Positions 26,566-38,959 of a stretch of DNA of 64,000 nt are shown piece after piece (the first letter of the stretch is position 1; every line of letters starts with the position of its first letter). Both the position numbers and the translations under genes were made by a program. A model generated the notes under the pieces. The model did not search any database, was not told the origin of the DNA, and saw nothing but the letters and a program-made list of their open reading frames with translations. The stretch comes from an uncultured beta proteobacterium (GTDB lineage: Bacteria > Pseudomonadota > Gammaproteobacteria > Burkholderiales > JACQAP01). The stretch covers positions 4,479 through 68,478 of the forward strand of contig CAVOIO010000007.1 in NCBI GenBank assembly GCA_963695915.1, in the 5' to 3' direction.

Positions 26566-29145
26566 ATGTCCCAAAATCTGCTGATCGTCGAGTCTCCGTC
26601 CAAGGCGAAGACTCTCAAGAAGTATCTGGGCCGCGGCTTCGAAATCGTCGCCTCGTATGGCCACGTGCGCGACCTGGAAGCCAAGGAAGGCGCGGTGGAC
26701 CCGGCGGACAACTTCCATATGAAATACGTGCTGGTCGAAAAGAACAAGAAGCATGTGGACGCAATCGCCAAGGCAGTGGGAAAGGCCGACAGGATTTATC
26801 TGGCCACCGACCCGGACCGTGAGGGCGAGGCCATTGCCTGGCACCTCGGCGAGATCCTCAAAGGCAAGAAGCTTCTCAAGAACAAGAAACTTCACCGCGT
26901 GGTGTTCTACGAGATCACCGAATCCGCGGTAACCGATGCGGTCGCCAAGCCGCGCCAGATCTCCATGCCGCTGGTGAGCGCGCAGCAGGCGCGGCGCGCA
27001 CTCGACCACCTGGTCGGCTTCAAGCTTTCGCCGCTGCTGTGGAAGAAAATCGGGTCCGGGCTGTCCGCGGGCCGGGTGCAGAGTCCGGCGCTGCGGCTCA
27101 TCGTCGAGCGCGAGCAGGAAATCGAGAATTTCATTTCACGCGAATACTGGAGCGTCCACCTCGACAGCCACAAGGGCAAGCAGAAGTTTGGCGCCCGACT
27201 GATCCAGTATCGGGGTGACAAGATCGAGCAGTTCACTGTCGCAACCGAGAACCAGCAGAACGATATCGTCGCGGACATTGAGAAGTCCGCGAAAGGCACC
27301 GCCAGGGTCATAAGAGTCGAGCGCAAGCCGAAGAGCCGCCAGCCCGCTCCACCGTTCACGACATCGACTCTGCAGCAGGAAGCCGTACGCAAGCTGGGGA
27401 TGACTTCGAGAAGCACCATGAGTACGGCGCAGCAGTTGTACGAAGGTGTCGATATCGGCGGCGTCACCGTCGGCCTCATCACATACATGCGCACCGACTC
27501 TTTTTCGCTTGCCAACGAAGCACTGCGGGAAATCCGCGACTATATCCAGAAGAAGTTCGATTCTGATTACCTGCCGCACGCGCCGATCCAGTACCGCAGC
27601 AAATCCAAGAATGCCCAGGAGGCGCACGAAGCGATCCGCCCGACTTCCGTAGTTCGCACGCCCGATTCGGTGCGCAAGTTCCTGACTGCGGATCAGGCCG
27701 TCACTTTACGAGATGATCTGGAAGCGCACGCTCGCCTGCCAGATGACGCCAGCCAGGTACGACACGACCAGCGTCGACATATCGGTAGGGCATGCAGACA
27801 CATTGTTCCGCGCCACCGGCCAGACGCTGGTTTTCCCCGGTTTCATGGCGGTGTATCTGGAAGATGCCGACGACGTCGAACAGGAAGAGGAAGCCAGAGT
27901 TGCCGGTGCTTGAGGAAAAGGAAACGATTCCGGTCGACCGCATTTTCGGCGAACAGCATTTCACCCAGCCACCGCCGCAGATATACCGAGGCGAGCCTCG
28001 TCAAGACACTCGAGGAATACGGCATTGGCCGGCCATCCACTTATGCGAGCATTGTTTCGACGCTGCAGGAGCGCGGCTATGCCTTACTTGAGAAGAAGCG
28101 TTTCACGCCAACGGATATAGGCCGGCTGGTCAATGGTTTCCTGACCACCCATTTCGGTCATTACGTCGATTACCAGTTCACGGCAAACCTGGAGGAAGAA
28201 CTCGACGAGATTTCCAACGGTGATCTCGACTGGATCGCCGTGATGCGCGAATTCTGGTCGGGGTTTTCGGACAACCTGGAAAAGAAGAAAGGCATCGAGC
28301 GAGGCATCCCGGCCCCGCAAGCCGAACCGCGCGTGATCAACTGGAGCTCGTTCTCCAAGGCGCTGCTCGATCCGCAATGGCAAAAAAACGGCCGGCCCGC
28401 GGAAAAATGCCCGAAATGCAAGAAATTGGTGTTATTGCAAAACAGCAGCCGCGGTTTGTTTTTCGGCTGCAGTGGCTATCCCAAATGCGACTACACCCGA
28501 CCGTGGGGCGGGGCCTCTCTCGGGCCCGTGATCCTGGGTAAGGATCCAAATACGTCTATGGAAATATTGCTGCTGAAGGGTCCTTACGGCCATTACGTTC
28601 AGATTGGACAAACGATCAAGGACGCAAAAGAGAAGCCAAAACGCGCGGCCTGGTCAAAGAACGTTCCGGTTCCGACGGAAGCTTCTGCCGACGCTCTTGC
28701 CCTTGCGCTGAAACTTCTGTCCCTGCCGCGGCAACTTGGCGCGCATCCCGAAACAGGCAAGCCGATCGAAGCCAGCATTGGTCGCTTCGGCCCGTACTTG
28801 AAACACGACGGCATGTTCAAGTCCATTCCCAAAGCCGACAACGTGCACGACATCGCCCTGGCGCGGGCAATCCAACTGCTTGCAGAAAAGAAGGCTGGCG
28901 GTGCCGGTGGTCGCGCACTCGGCGCACACCCGGAAGACGGCAGGTCGGTGGTGGTTCACAACGGCCGCTACGGGCCATATGTGAAGCATGGCAAGATCAA
29001 CGCGACGATTCCGCCGTCGGCGGATCCCGCCAAGCTGACTCTGAAAGACGCAGTGGAACTTCTGGCCGCAAAGTCCGCGAAGGGTTCCAGCGGCAAGAAG
29101 AAGCTGCCCGCCAAGGCGAAGGGACCGAAACGCAAGGCCGCCTGA
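26566..29145 (+). CDS. topA: DNA topoisomerase I; the ORF is formally open, but about 27700-27985 is read in the wrong frame (three successive +1 shifts)
   Basis: Toprim motif ATDPDREGEAIAWH, active-site ITYMRTDS, and C-terminal Zn-ribbon/Lys-rich tail. Residues ~380-475 of the track ORF are Arg-rich nonsense. The conserved LYEMIWKRTLACQMTPARYD..LFRATGQTLVFPGF.. and ELPVLEEKETIPVDRIFGEQHFTQPPP lie in the other two frames. Confidence 0.9.
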   Translation: MSQNLLIVESPSKAKTLKKYLGRGFEIVASYGHVRDLEAKEGAVDPADNFHMKYVLVEKNKKHVDAIAKAVGKADRIYLATDPDREGEAIAWHLGEILKGKKLLKNKKLHRVVFYEITESAVTDAVAKPRQISMPLVSAQQARRALDHLVGFKLSPLLWKKIGSGLSAGRVQSPALRLIVEREQEIENFISREYWSVHLDSHKGKQKFGARLIQYRGDKIEQFTVATENQQNDIVADIEKSAKGTARVIRVERKPKSRQPAPPFTTSTLQQEAVRKLGMTSRSTMSTAQQLYEGVDIGGVTVGLITYMRTDSFSLANEALREIRDYIQKKFDSDYLPHAPIQYRSKSKNAQEAHEAIRPTSVVRTPDSVRKFLTADQAVTLRDDLEAHARLPDDASQVRHDQRRHIGRACRHIVPRHRPDAGFPRFHGGVSGRCRRRRTGRGSQSCRCLRKRKRFRSTAFSANSISPSHRRRYTEASLVKTLEEYGIGRPSTYASIVSTLQERGYALLEKKRFTPTDIGRLVNGFLTTHFGHYVDYQFTANLEEELDEISNGDLDWIAVMREFWSGFSDNLEKKKGIERGIPAPQAEPRVINWSSFSKALLDPQWQKNGRPAEKCPKCKKLVLLQNSSRGLFFGCSGYPKCDYTRPWGGASLGPVILGKDPNTSMEILLLKGPYGHYVQIGQTIKDAKEKPKRAAWSKNVPVPTEASADALALALKLLSLPRQLGAHPETGKPIEASIGRFGPYLKHDGMFKSIPKADNVHDIALARAIQLLAEKKAGGAGGRALGAHPEDGRSVVVHNGRYGPYVKHGKINATIPPSADPAKLTLKDAVELLAAKSAKGSSGKKKLPAKAKGPKRKAA

Positions 29146-29154
29146 GGGCCGCAA

Positions 29155-32680
<3,526 letters not shown>

Positions 32681-32830
32681 TCTTGAACCTTAATAAGGTT
32701 AATAGATTGCGAGGAACCGGTTAGCTGTGGCATTTGTGGCTTTTAAAACATGTACTTTCGATTTTGTATAACCTGTGTAGTGGCAGTGGACGAAATGTGA
32801 GTACTTGCCGGCGAACCCACACTGCGCCGC

Positions 32831-32839
32831 TTATCAACA
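32831..32839 (+). promoter_or_regulatory. DnaA-box-like 9-mer TTATCAACA (1 mismatch to TTATCCACA)
   Basis: Direct reading of the sequence. A second copy, TTATCAACC, lies at 32853-32861. Both are at the dnaA 3' end, beside the AT-richer dnaA-dnaN spacer. Confidence 0.4.
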
Positions 32840-32855
32840 ATCTGTACAGCGTTTA

Positions 32856-34181
32856 TCAACCACGCAAAGTTTGCAGCAGTGCGTCGAAGTCACGGGTAAT
32901 CTCGGCATTGCTGGCGCGCAGTTCCGCTATCTTGCGGCAAGCATGCAACACCGTGGTGTGGTCGCGACCGCCGAACGCATCACCAATGTCCGGCAGACTC
33001 AGGTGCGTGAGTTCCTTGGCCAAAGCCATGGCAACCTGGCGCGGTCGCGCGACCGCGCGCGACCGCTTCTTCGAGTACATCTCGGAGACCTTGATCTTGT
33101 AGTACTCGGCAACAATTCTCTGGATATTCTCTACCGACACCTGCCTCACCTGTACGGCGAGCAGATCCTTGAGTGCTTCGCGGGCAAGGTCCACCGAGAG
33201 CCTGGCGTTAGCGAACTTGGCGTACGCAAGAACACGCTTCAGGCCCCCTTCCAGTTCGCGCACGTTGGACTGGATGTGGGTGGCCACGAAGAACGCGATA
33301 TCCTCCGGCAGGCTTATGCGCTCGGCTTCGGCCTTCTTGAGCAGGATCGCCACCCGCATTTCCAGTTCCGGCGGCTCGATCGCGACAGTCAGGCCCCAGC
33401 CAAAGCGCGAGATCAGGCGATCCTCGATTCCGGCGATTTCCTTCGGGTACGTATCACAAGTAATAATGACTTGCTTATGCGCTTCAATCAGCGCGTTGAA
33501 GGCATAGAAAAATTCCTCCTGCGTGCGGTTCTTGCCGCTGAAAAACTGGATATCGTCGATCAGAAGAATGTCCAGCGAGTGGTAGTACCTCTTGAAGCCG
33601 TCAAAGGCCTTGTGTTGATAGGCCCTGACTACATCAGAAACGTACTGCTCGGCGTGAATATAGCGGACCTTGGCGGAGGGGTTGAATTCAAGCAGCAGAT
33701 TGCCTATGGCTTGTATGAGGTGGGTCTTGCCCAAGCCGACACCACCGTAGACAAACAGCGGGTTGTACGCCACGCCGGGATGTTCGGCGACCTGCAACGC
33801 CGCAGCGCGCGCCAGTTGATTAGCTTTGCCGGTTACGAACGAGTCGAAAGTGAAAGACGGGTTGAGGCGGCTATCCTCACGGATCTTGGGTTTTGCAGCC
33901 GGTACTTCGGCCTCTGGCGCCGGCCGGGCTATCACTTCTGCGGCGTTCTCCGAGAGAGTAAGCACAACTTGTGTAGGTTTGTGCAGGTACTCCGAAGACA
34001 ACCGCTCGATCTCAGGGACGAACTTGTCCTTTACCCACTCGAGAACGAAGCGATTCGGCGCTGAAACCACTACCGTGTGCTGATCCAGGCGCGCGTGCAG
34101 CGGCTGAATCCAGGTCCTGTACTGTTGCGCCGGAAGGGATTTTTCGAATTGGCGTAGGCAGTGATTCCAGAAGCTATCCAT
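32856..34181 (-). CDS. dnaA: Chromosomal replication initiator DnaA
   Basis: Starts [13 protein letters not shown].. at the ATG at 34181. Walker [11 protein letters not shown], Walker B LLIDDIQF, and the C-terminal DNA-binding block [12 protein letters not shown]. Confidence 0.93.
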   Translation of the reverse strand: MDSFWNHCLRQFEKSLPAQQYRTWIQPLHARLDQHTVVVSAPNRFVLEWVKDKFVPEIERLSSEYLHKPTQVVLTLSENAAEVIARPAPEAEVPAAKPKIREDSRLNPSFTFDSFVTGKANQLARAAALQVAEHPGVAYNPLFVYGGVGLGKTHLIQAIGNLLLEFNPSAKVRYIHAEQYVSDVVRAYQHKAFDGFKRYYHSLDILLIDDIQFFSGKNRTQEEFFYAFNALIEAHKQVIITCDTYPKEIAGIEDRLISRFGWGLTVAIEPPELEMRVAILLKKAEAERISLPEDIAFFVATHIQSNVRELEGGLKRVLAYAKFANARLSVDLAREALKDLLAVQVRQVSVENIQRIVAEYYKIKVSEMYSKKRSRAVARPRQVAMALAKELTHLSLPDIGDAFGGRDHTTVLHACRKIAELRASNAEITRDFDALLQTLRG

Positions 34182-34266
34182 CGGCGCCAGGTTGTGTTTT
34201 TGATGCGGGATGCGGCCGAGAAAGGCCACCCAAGGTGAGCCCGAAGTTTATCAGCAATATTTGAAG

Positions 34267-34275
34267 TTATCCACA
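34267..34275 (+). promoter_or_regulatory. Perfect DnaA box TTATCCACA in the dnaA-rpmH spacer
   Basis: Exact consensus 9-mer. A weaker copy, TTATCAGCA, lies at 34248-34256. Confidence 0.6.
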
Positions 34276-34299
34276 GGCCAGACGAGGCCGATTTCGCGG

Positions 34300-34329
34300 T
34301 TGACAATAGCCTGCAAAAACAAGTGTAAT
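34300..34329 (+). promoter_or_regulatory. Candidate sigma70 promoter of rpmH-rnpA
   Basis: TTGACA (34300-34305), an 18-nt spacer, then TGTAAT (34324-34329), about 38 nt upstream of the rpmH ATG. Confidence 0.5.
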
Positions 34330-34366
34330 GACGGGCTTTTTCCCGTCAGTCACTGGAGTAAGCCGA

Positions 34367-34501
34367 ATGAAGCGCACTTATCAGCCGTCGAAGACCCGCC
34401 GCAGCCGCACTCATGGTTTCCTGGTACGCATGAAGACGCGAGGCGGTCGCGCCGTTATCAATGCCCGTCGAGCCAAGGGCCGTGCGCGCCTGGCGGTGTG
34501 A
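34367..34501 (+). CDS. rpmH: 50S ribosomal protein L34
   Basis: 44-aa ORF below the ORF-track size cut-off. [44 protein letters not shown] is the classic L34 sequence. Confidence 0.95.
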   Translation: MKRTYQPSKTRRSRTHGFLVRMKTRGGRAVINARRAKGRARLAV

Positions 34502-34842
34502 TACAGCCGCGTCCCAAGCTGCCTCGCTTGGCGAGGCTGCGCGGCGGGGCGCATTTCACCGGCGCGTTCTCGGCAAGACGACAGGGGCGTTTCTTTATCG
34601 TCCTCGCCAGGAATAATCCGGGCGGTAAGACCGCGCGTCTGGGTATTGTCATCGGTCGGCGAATAGCGCCCAAGGCAGTTGCCCGCTCGGCGATGAAACG
34701 TCTGGTGCGCGAAGTGTTTCGCCACCTGCGCAGCGATCTTGGGGCGACAGATTTTGTCGTGAGGGTGCGCAGGCCTGCCGTCGGGGGAGAAATGTTCGAG
34801 GCACGCGGTGAACTTCAAAGCTTGTTGTGCGGCGGTCACTGA
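34498..34842 (+). CDS. rnpA: Ribonuclease P protein component
   Basis: Basic ~114-aa protein directly after rpmH. The GTG at 34498 overlaps the rpmH stop (GTGTGA). The longer track ORF (34210-) runs through rpmH in another frame. Confidence 0.8.
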   Translation: MIQPRPKLPRLARLRGGAHFTGAFSARRQGRFFIVLARNNPGGKTARLGIVIGRRIAPKAVARSAMKRLVREVFRHLRSDLGATDFVVRVRRPAVGGEMFEARGELQSLLCGGH

Positions 34843-35051
34843 TGCGCGCCACGTTCGTAACCCTGATCAACCTCTACCAATACCTGTTGAGTCCGTGGGT
34901 CGGCAGTAGTTGCCGCTTCTACCCGACTTGTTCGGAATACGCGAAATCCGCGATCGAGACCCACGGTGTCTTGCGCGGAAGCTGGTTGGCCGGCAGGCGC
35001 CTGCTGCGTTGCCACCCATGGCATCCGGGCGGAACCGACCCGGTACCCTGA
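34842..35051 (+). CDS. yidD: Membrane protein insertion efficiency factor YidD
   Basis: Contains the [11 protein letters not shown] motif. The ATG at 34842 overlaps the rnpA TGA by 1 nt. Confidence 0.88.
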   Translation: MRATFVTLINLYQYLLSPWVGSSCRFYPTCSEYAKSAIETHGVLRGSWLAGRRLLRCHPWHPGGTDPVP

Positions 35052-35067
35052 ATAGAAAACGTCTTCC

Positions 35068-36723
35068 ATGGATAGTTTGCGATTGTTTGCGGCGATGGTT
35101 TTCGCCGTTTCGGTTTTCCTGCTTTTCGACGCGTGGGTGAAGGAGCGGAATCCGCCGGCGGCGCCGCAGGATTCGGCGCAGCAGTCCATTACTGCCACGC
35201 CATCACCGACGCTTCCGCCCGGCGCGAGTGCACCGGCGAGTCCAGCGGCGCCACCCGTCAAAGCGTCCGCACCAAGTTCCCCGACCTTGCCCTTAATTAC
35301 CGTGGGAACCGATGTGCTGAACGCGGAAATCGACCCGGTCGGCGGGATGTTGCGAAGGCTCGAATTTATCCAGCACAAGGACAAGGTCGACAAGAACAGG
35401 AATTTTGTTCTCTTCGAGCAATCCGCCGACCATACTTACGTGGCACAAAGCGGCCTCATTGGCGACAACCTGCCTAACCACACAACGGCCTATCGCGCCG
35501 CCGCTTCCAACTACCAGCTGGGTGACGGCAACGATGAAGTGACCGTCACCTTGACCGCACCCGAAACCAATCACATCGCTGTGACCAAGCGCATCAGTTT
35601 CCAGCGCAGCAGCTATCTCGTTAAGGAGTCCTTTGAAATCGTCAACGGTGGCAGCGAAGAACTGAAGCCGTTCGTGTACTTCCAGTTTCTTCGCGACGGG
35701 AAACCCGCCTCGGGCGATTCGAAGATGGTGCCGACATACACCGGCGCGGCCGTGTATACGGACCAGTCGAAGTTCCGGAAGATGAATTTCGGCGACATCG
35801 ACAAGGGCAAGGCTGACTATCCCAAGCACGTCAACGATGGCTGGATCGCTTTCGTGCAGCATTATTTCGTGGCGGCCTGGCTCCCGCCCGGCGAAATCCC
35901 GCGCGAGTTCTATACGCGCTTGCTGGGAAACGGCTTGTACGCTGCGGGCGTCATCGTGCCGGCGGGCACCATCGCGCCGCGCGCTTCTGGGCAAGTCGAT
36001 ATGCGTCTGTATGCCGGACCGCAGGAACAGGAAAAGCTCGCAACGCTTGCTCCGGGTCTGGAACTGACGGTGGACTACGGGTGGCTTACGGTGATCGCGG
36101 CGCCGTTGTTCTGGGTACTGTCAGCGATCCAGAAGTGGGTGAACAACTGGGGCGTGGCGATAATCATTCTGACGATCATAATCAAGCTGATCTTCTATCC
36201 TCTGTCGGCCGCAAGTTACAAATCGATGGCGAAAATGCGCGTGCTCGGGCCGAAAATGCAGAAGCTCAAGGAGCAACACGGCGACGACCGGCAGCGCATG
36301 CAGCAGGCGATGATCGAGATGTACAAGACCGAAAAGATCAATCCGCTCGGGGGTTGTTTGCCGATTCTGGTGCAGATTCCGGTGTTCATTGCGTTGTACT
36401 GGGTACTGCTGGCGAGCGTGGAATTGCGCAATGCGCCGTTCATGCTCTGGATTACCGATCTGTCGGCACAGGACCCGTACTACATCCTGCCGGTGCTGAT
36501 GGGCATCACCATGATCATCCAGACTTCGCTGAACCCCACCCCGCCGGATCCGGTGCAGGCAAAGGTGATGAAGATCATGCCGGTGGTATTCAGCGTGTTC
36601 TTTTTCTTCTTTCCGGCAGGGCTGGTGCTTTACTGGCTCGTGAACAACATTCTTTCCATCGCGCAGCAGTGGCAGATCACGCGCGTCATCGAGCGGTCAA
36701 AACCCGCTCATGCCCCGCGCTGA
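35068..36723 (+). CDS. yidC: Membrane protein insertase YidC
   Basis: 551 aa with an N-terminal TM and a large periplasmic domain. The conserved C-terminal core includes [20 protein letters not shown] and [16 protein letters not shown]. Confidence 0.93.
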   Translation: MDSLRLFAAMVFAVSVFLLFDAWVKERNPPAAPQDSAQQSITATPSPTLPPGASAPASPAAPPVKASAPSSPTLPLITVGTDVLNAEIDPVGGMLRRLEFIQHKDKVDKNRNFVLFEQSADHTYVAQSGLIGDNLPNHTTAYRAAASNYQLGDGNDEVTVTLTAPETNHIAVTKRISFQRSSYLVKESFEIVNGGSEELKPFVYFQFLRDGKPASGDSKMVPTYTGAAVYTDQSKFRKMNFGDIDKGKADYPKHVNDGWIAFVQHYFVAAWLPPGEIPREFYTRLLGNGLYAAGVIVPAGTIAPRASGQVDMRLYAGPQEQEKLATLAPGLELTVDYGWLTVIAAPLFWVLSAIQKWVNNWGVAIIILTIIIKLIFYPLSAASYKSMAKMRVLGPKMQKLKEQHGDDRQRMQQAMIEMYKTEKINPLGGCLPILVQIPVFIALYWVLLASVELRNAPFMLWITDLSAQDPYYILPVLMGITMIIQTSLNPTPPDPVQAKVMKIMPVVFSVFFFFFPAGLVLYWLVNNILSIAQQWQITRVIERSKPAHAPR

Positions 36724-38050
36724 CACAATTGCTGCGATTGCGACCGCCCCCGGGCGCGCGGGAATTGGCGTAGTCCGAATTTCCGGTCCCGCGGTCCGCG
36801 CGATCATCGCGGGAATTCTTGGGCGTCTGCCCGAGCCTCGCGCCGCCATACTTTGTAACTTCCGCGACACAACCGGCGAGACGCTCGACCGCGGCCTCGC
36901 ATTGTTCTTCCCCGCGCCGCACTCCTATACCGGCGAAGATGTTCTTGAACTTCATGGGCATGGCGGACCTGCCGTGCTGCAACTGGTGCTGCGACGTTGT
37001 CTCGATCTCGGCGCGCGGCCGGCGCAGCCGGGCGAATTCACCCGTCGGGCCTTCCTCAACGACAAGCTCGACCTCGCTCAGGCGGAAAGTGTGGCCGATC
37101 TGATCGACGCAAGTTCGGAGGCCGCCGCACGTGGAGCGATGCGTTCTTTGGCGGGCGAGTTCTCCGCCCGCATCGCTCATCTCGTTGGCGAATTGATCGA
37201 ACTGCGTGCACTGGTCGAGGCGACCCTGGATTTTCCCGACGAGGAGGTCGATTTTTTCGAGCTGGGCGATGCATTCAAGCGGCTGGCGCGGCTGCGCGCA
37301 GAACTCGCCGACGTTCAGCGCGCGGCGGAACAGGGCAGGATTCTGCGCGAGGGCGCGAGATGCGTGCTGATCGGTCAGCCCAACGTCGGCAAGTCGAGCC
37401 TGCTCAATCGTCTCGCCGGTGACGAGGTTGCCATCGTTACCGAGATTCCCGGCACCACGCGCGATCCGTTGCGGCACGAACTGATAATCGAAGGCGTGCC
37501 AGTGCACGTGATCGATACCGCCGGGCTGCGCGAGTCCGCGGAGCTGGTGGAAAAAATCGGCATCGAACGTGCGTGGCGTGAAATCGCTCAAGCGGACGTT
37601 GCCCTGATGGTAGTGGACGTTACCCGGGGGATGGCCGAGGCCGATCGCACGATCCTCGCAAACCTTCCGGGGAACATAAAAAAATTATTTATCTTCAACA
37701 AGATAGATCTATCCGGAGAACCACCTTCGGTGCGCGAACTGGATGATGGGGTGGAGATCCGGGTGTCGGCCAAGTCCGGCGCCGGCATGGAGCTGTTGCG
37801 CACCAACATTCTGCTGGCGGTCGGGTGGCGACCCGCAGAGGAAGCGCTATTTATGGCAAGAGAACGGCACTTGCGCGCGCTCCGGCAAGCCGACGAAGCG
37901 CTCGCGCATGCGGCCGGTCAGGCGAAAGCGATCGAGTTGTTCGCCGAAGAACTTCGAATGGCTCAACAGGCCCTGGGCGAGATTACCGGGCAGTTCAGCG
38001 CAGACGATTTGCTCGGCGAAATTTTTTCCCGTTTCTGCATTGGCAAGTAA
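36710..38050 (+). CDS. mnmE: tRNA modification GTPase MnmE (TrmE)
   Basis: 446 aa. Contains [11 protein letters not shown] and the G1 motif [12 protein letters not shown], and ends in the CIGK motif. Confidence 0.93.
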   Translation: MPRADTIAAIATAPGRAGIGVVRISGPAVRAIIAGILGRLPEPRAAILCNFRDTTGETLDRGLALFFPAPHSYTGEDVLELHGHGGPAVLQLVLRRCLDLGARPAQPGEFTRRAFLNDKLDLAQAESVADLIDASSEAAARGAMRSLAGEFSARIAHLVGELIELRALVEATLDFPDEEVDFFELGDAFKRLARLRAELADVQRAAEQGRILREGARCVLIGQPNVGKSSLLNRLAGDEVAIVTEIPGTTRDPLRHELIIEGVPVHVIDTAGLRESAELVEKIGIERAWREIAQADVALMVVDVTRGMAEADRTILANLPGNIKKLFIFNKIDLSGEPPSVRELDDGVEIRVSAKSGAGMELLRTNILLAVGWRPAEEALFMARERHLRALRQADEALAHAAGQAKAIELFAEELRMAQQALGEITGQFSADDLLGEIFSRFCIGK

Positions 38051-38056
38051 GCCGTC

Positions 38057-38821
38057 GTGACCGACGTTCTGGTTCTGTGCGTGTTTGCGTTCTTTGGCGG
38101 GCTGGTGGACGCGGTCGCCGGCGGTGGTGGCTTGATCCTGGTTCCGGCACTGTTTGCGGTATATCCCACCACGTCGCCCGCGCTCCTACTCGGCACCAAC
38201 AAGCTCTCTTCGATAGCTGGGACTACTTTCGCTACGCTTCGATACGCCTGGTCGGTGCCGATTCGCTGGCGGACGATCCTGCCCGCTGCACTGGTCGCGT
38301 GCGGCGGCGGGCTTGCTGGGGCGAAGGCGGTGACCCTGATGGAGTCCGATGTTCTGCGGCCGCTGATCCTGGTAATGCTGGGAGCGGTGGCAATCTACAC
38401 GCTGACACGGCGGAATTTCGGCTCTGCGCCTGGCAGTCGGATGCGGCTCGAAATCGAGGGCCCGGGGGTGGTTGCTCTGGCAACGGTAGTTGGTTTTTAT
38501 GACGGGTTCTTCGGTCCAGGAGCCGGCAGTTTTCTGTTGTTCGGTCTGGTGCGACTGTTCGGGTACGATTTCCTCGGCGCCGCCGCTGCAACCAAGGTCC
38601 TGAATTTGGCGACGAATTTCGGCGCGTTGATGTTGTTCGTGGCGACGGACAACGTCCTCTACACAGTCGGATTCCCGATGGCGGCCTCCAGCGTCCTGGG
38701 CGGATTACTTGGTGCCCAGTTGGCCGTTCGACAAGGCAGCCGTTTCATCCGCCGGATGTTCCTGCTGGTCGTAATGGGGCTGATCGCCAAGTTTGCTTAC
38801 GATTTGCTGCTGCGACGGTAG
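38057..38821 (+). CDS. TSUP (TauE/SafE, DUF81) family membrane transporter
   Basis: 254 aa with about 8 TM segments. The repeated GGGGLILVP / GPGAGSF glycine-rich motifs are typical of TSUP. Confidence 0.75.
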   Translation: MTDVLVLCVFAFFGGLVDAVAGGGGLILVPALFAVYPTTSPALLLGTNKLSSIAGTTFATLRYAWSVPIRWRTILPAALVACGGGLAGAKAVTLMESDVLRPLILVMLGAVAIYTLTRRNFGSAPGSRMRLEIEGPGVVALATVVGFYDGFFGPGAGSFLLFGLVRLFGYDFLGAAAATKVLNLATNFGALMLFVATDNVLYTVGFPMAASSVLGGLLGAQLAVRQGSRFIRRMFLLVVMGLIAKFAYDLLLRR

Positions 38822-38827
38822 TTGCGT

Positions 38828-38843
38828 TGTTTCACGTGAAACA
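38828..38843. promoter_or_regulatory. parS centromere site, perfect 16-bp palindrome TGTTTCACGTGAAACA
   Basis: Exact match to the canonical ParB-binding parS consensus. parAB lie 2.7 kb downstream. Confidence 0.85.
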
Positions 38844-38865
38844 TCCGCAAGTGCCGGTCGCCGGA

Positions 38866-38881
38866 AGTTTCACGTGGAACA
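38866..38881. promoter_or_regulatory. Second, degenerate parS-like site AGTTTCACGTGGAACA (14/16)
   Basis: Read directly from the sequence, 22 bp after the perfect site. Confidence 0.6.
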
Positions 38882-38959
38882 TTCGAACGCACGGGCGGCG
38901 CCGGATTCCTCGGTACCAGGCGATTCGGGTATGATTCCGCCCTCTTTTCCAGCCCGACA

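Noticed and set aside
32805-34064. 419-aa plus-strand ORF
   Set aside because: It is antisense to dnaA and is a shadow ORF.
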